A DNA stretch of 64,000 bases, taken from contig CM074812.1 of the NCBI GenBank assembly GCA_037447605.1, forward strand, positions 992,001 through 1,056,000, written 5' to 3'. This DNA is from Zygnema circumcarinatum SAG 698-1b. Taxonomy: Eukaryota > Plantae > Zygnematophyceae. Under the pieces are notes generated by a model, which saw nothing but the letters and a program-made list of their open reading frames with translations, made no database searches and had not been told where the DNA came from. The number at the start of each line of letters is the position of its first letter. Position 1 is the stretch's first letter. This document shows, one piece after another, positions 63,869-64,000 of this stretch. The position numbers and the translations under genes were made by a program.

Positions 63869-64000
63869 CTGCTCAAACATTCACTCTCTCCTTTATAGCT
63901 GACAAAGTGTCCATGCATGGGACACCGCGATTCACCACCTCGCTCAAATCCAGAAAGTGCGTCAAAAAAGCAAAACAAGTTCTGCAAAGAGGAAAAAGAA

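Overview
Eukaryotic, intron-rich nuclear DNA of a streptophyte (charophyte-like alga or early land plant; inferred from gene content). Host genes, left to right: first coding exon of RPS7 (-) with an intronic box C/D snoRNA; a PPR-SMR gene (+); a 5-exon F420_oxidored-family (COG2085-like) dinucleotide-binding oxidoreductase (+) and its tandem duplicate; a chloroplast CtpA-type C-terminal processing peptidase (-); ARF1 (+); a PAK1IP1/MAK11-like WD40 gene (-); and the 3' part of a GH51 alpha-L-arabinofuranosidase (-). The mobile fraction is unusual. (1) A foldback-like non-autonomous DNA transposon family is built from 42/43-bp palindromic TGGTT-N3-AACCA modules, with CACAG termini and 8-bp TSDs; it inserts into itself and hosts a hAT-like MITE, and both insertions have matching empty sites in the window. 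(2) A 24.2-kb retrotransposon nest sits in intron 1 of the duplicated oxidoreductase. Its outer Ty1/Copia element has a clean 5-bp TSD, but both ends are U5: the left end is an inverted R-U5 folded back near the predicted transcription start. Nested inside are a chromodomain Ty3/Gypsy element whose two LTRs carry a tRNA-like A-box/B-box segment, and a three-LTR tandem Copia. Sequence from about 16.6 to 42 kb looks like poorly polished long-read consensus (indels, N runs, biased CAG>CGG changes), so frameshifts there are not proof of decay and the structural claims need read-level confirmation.
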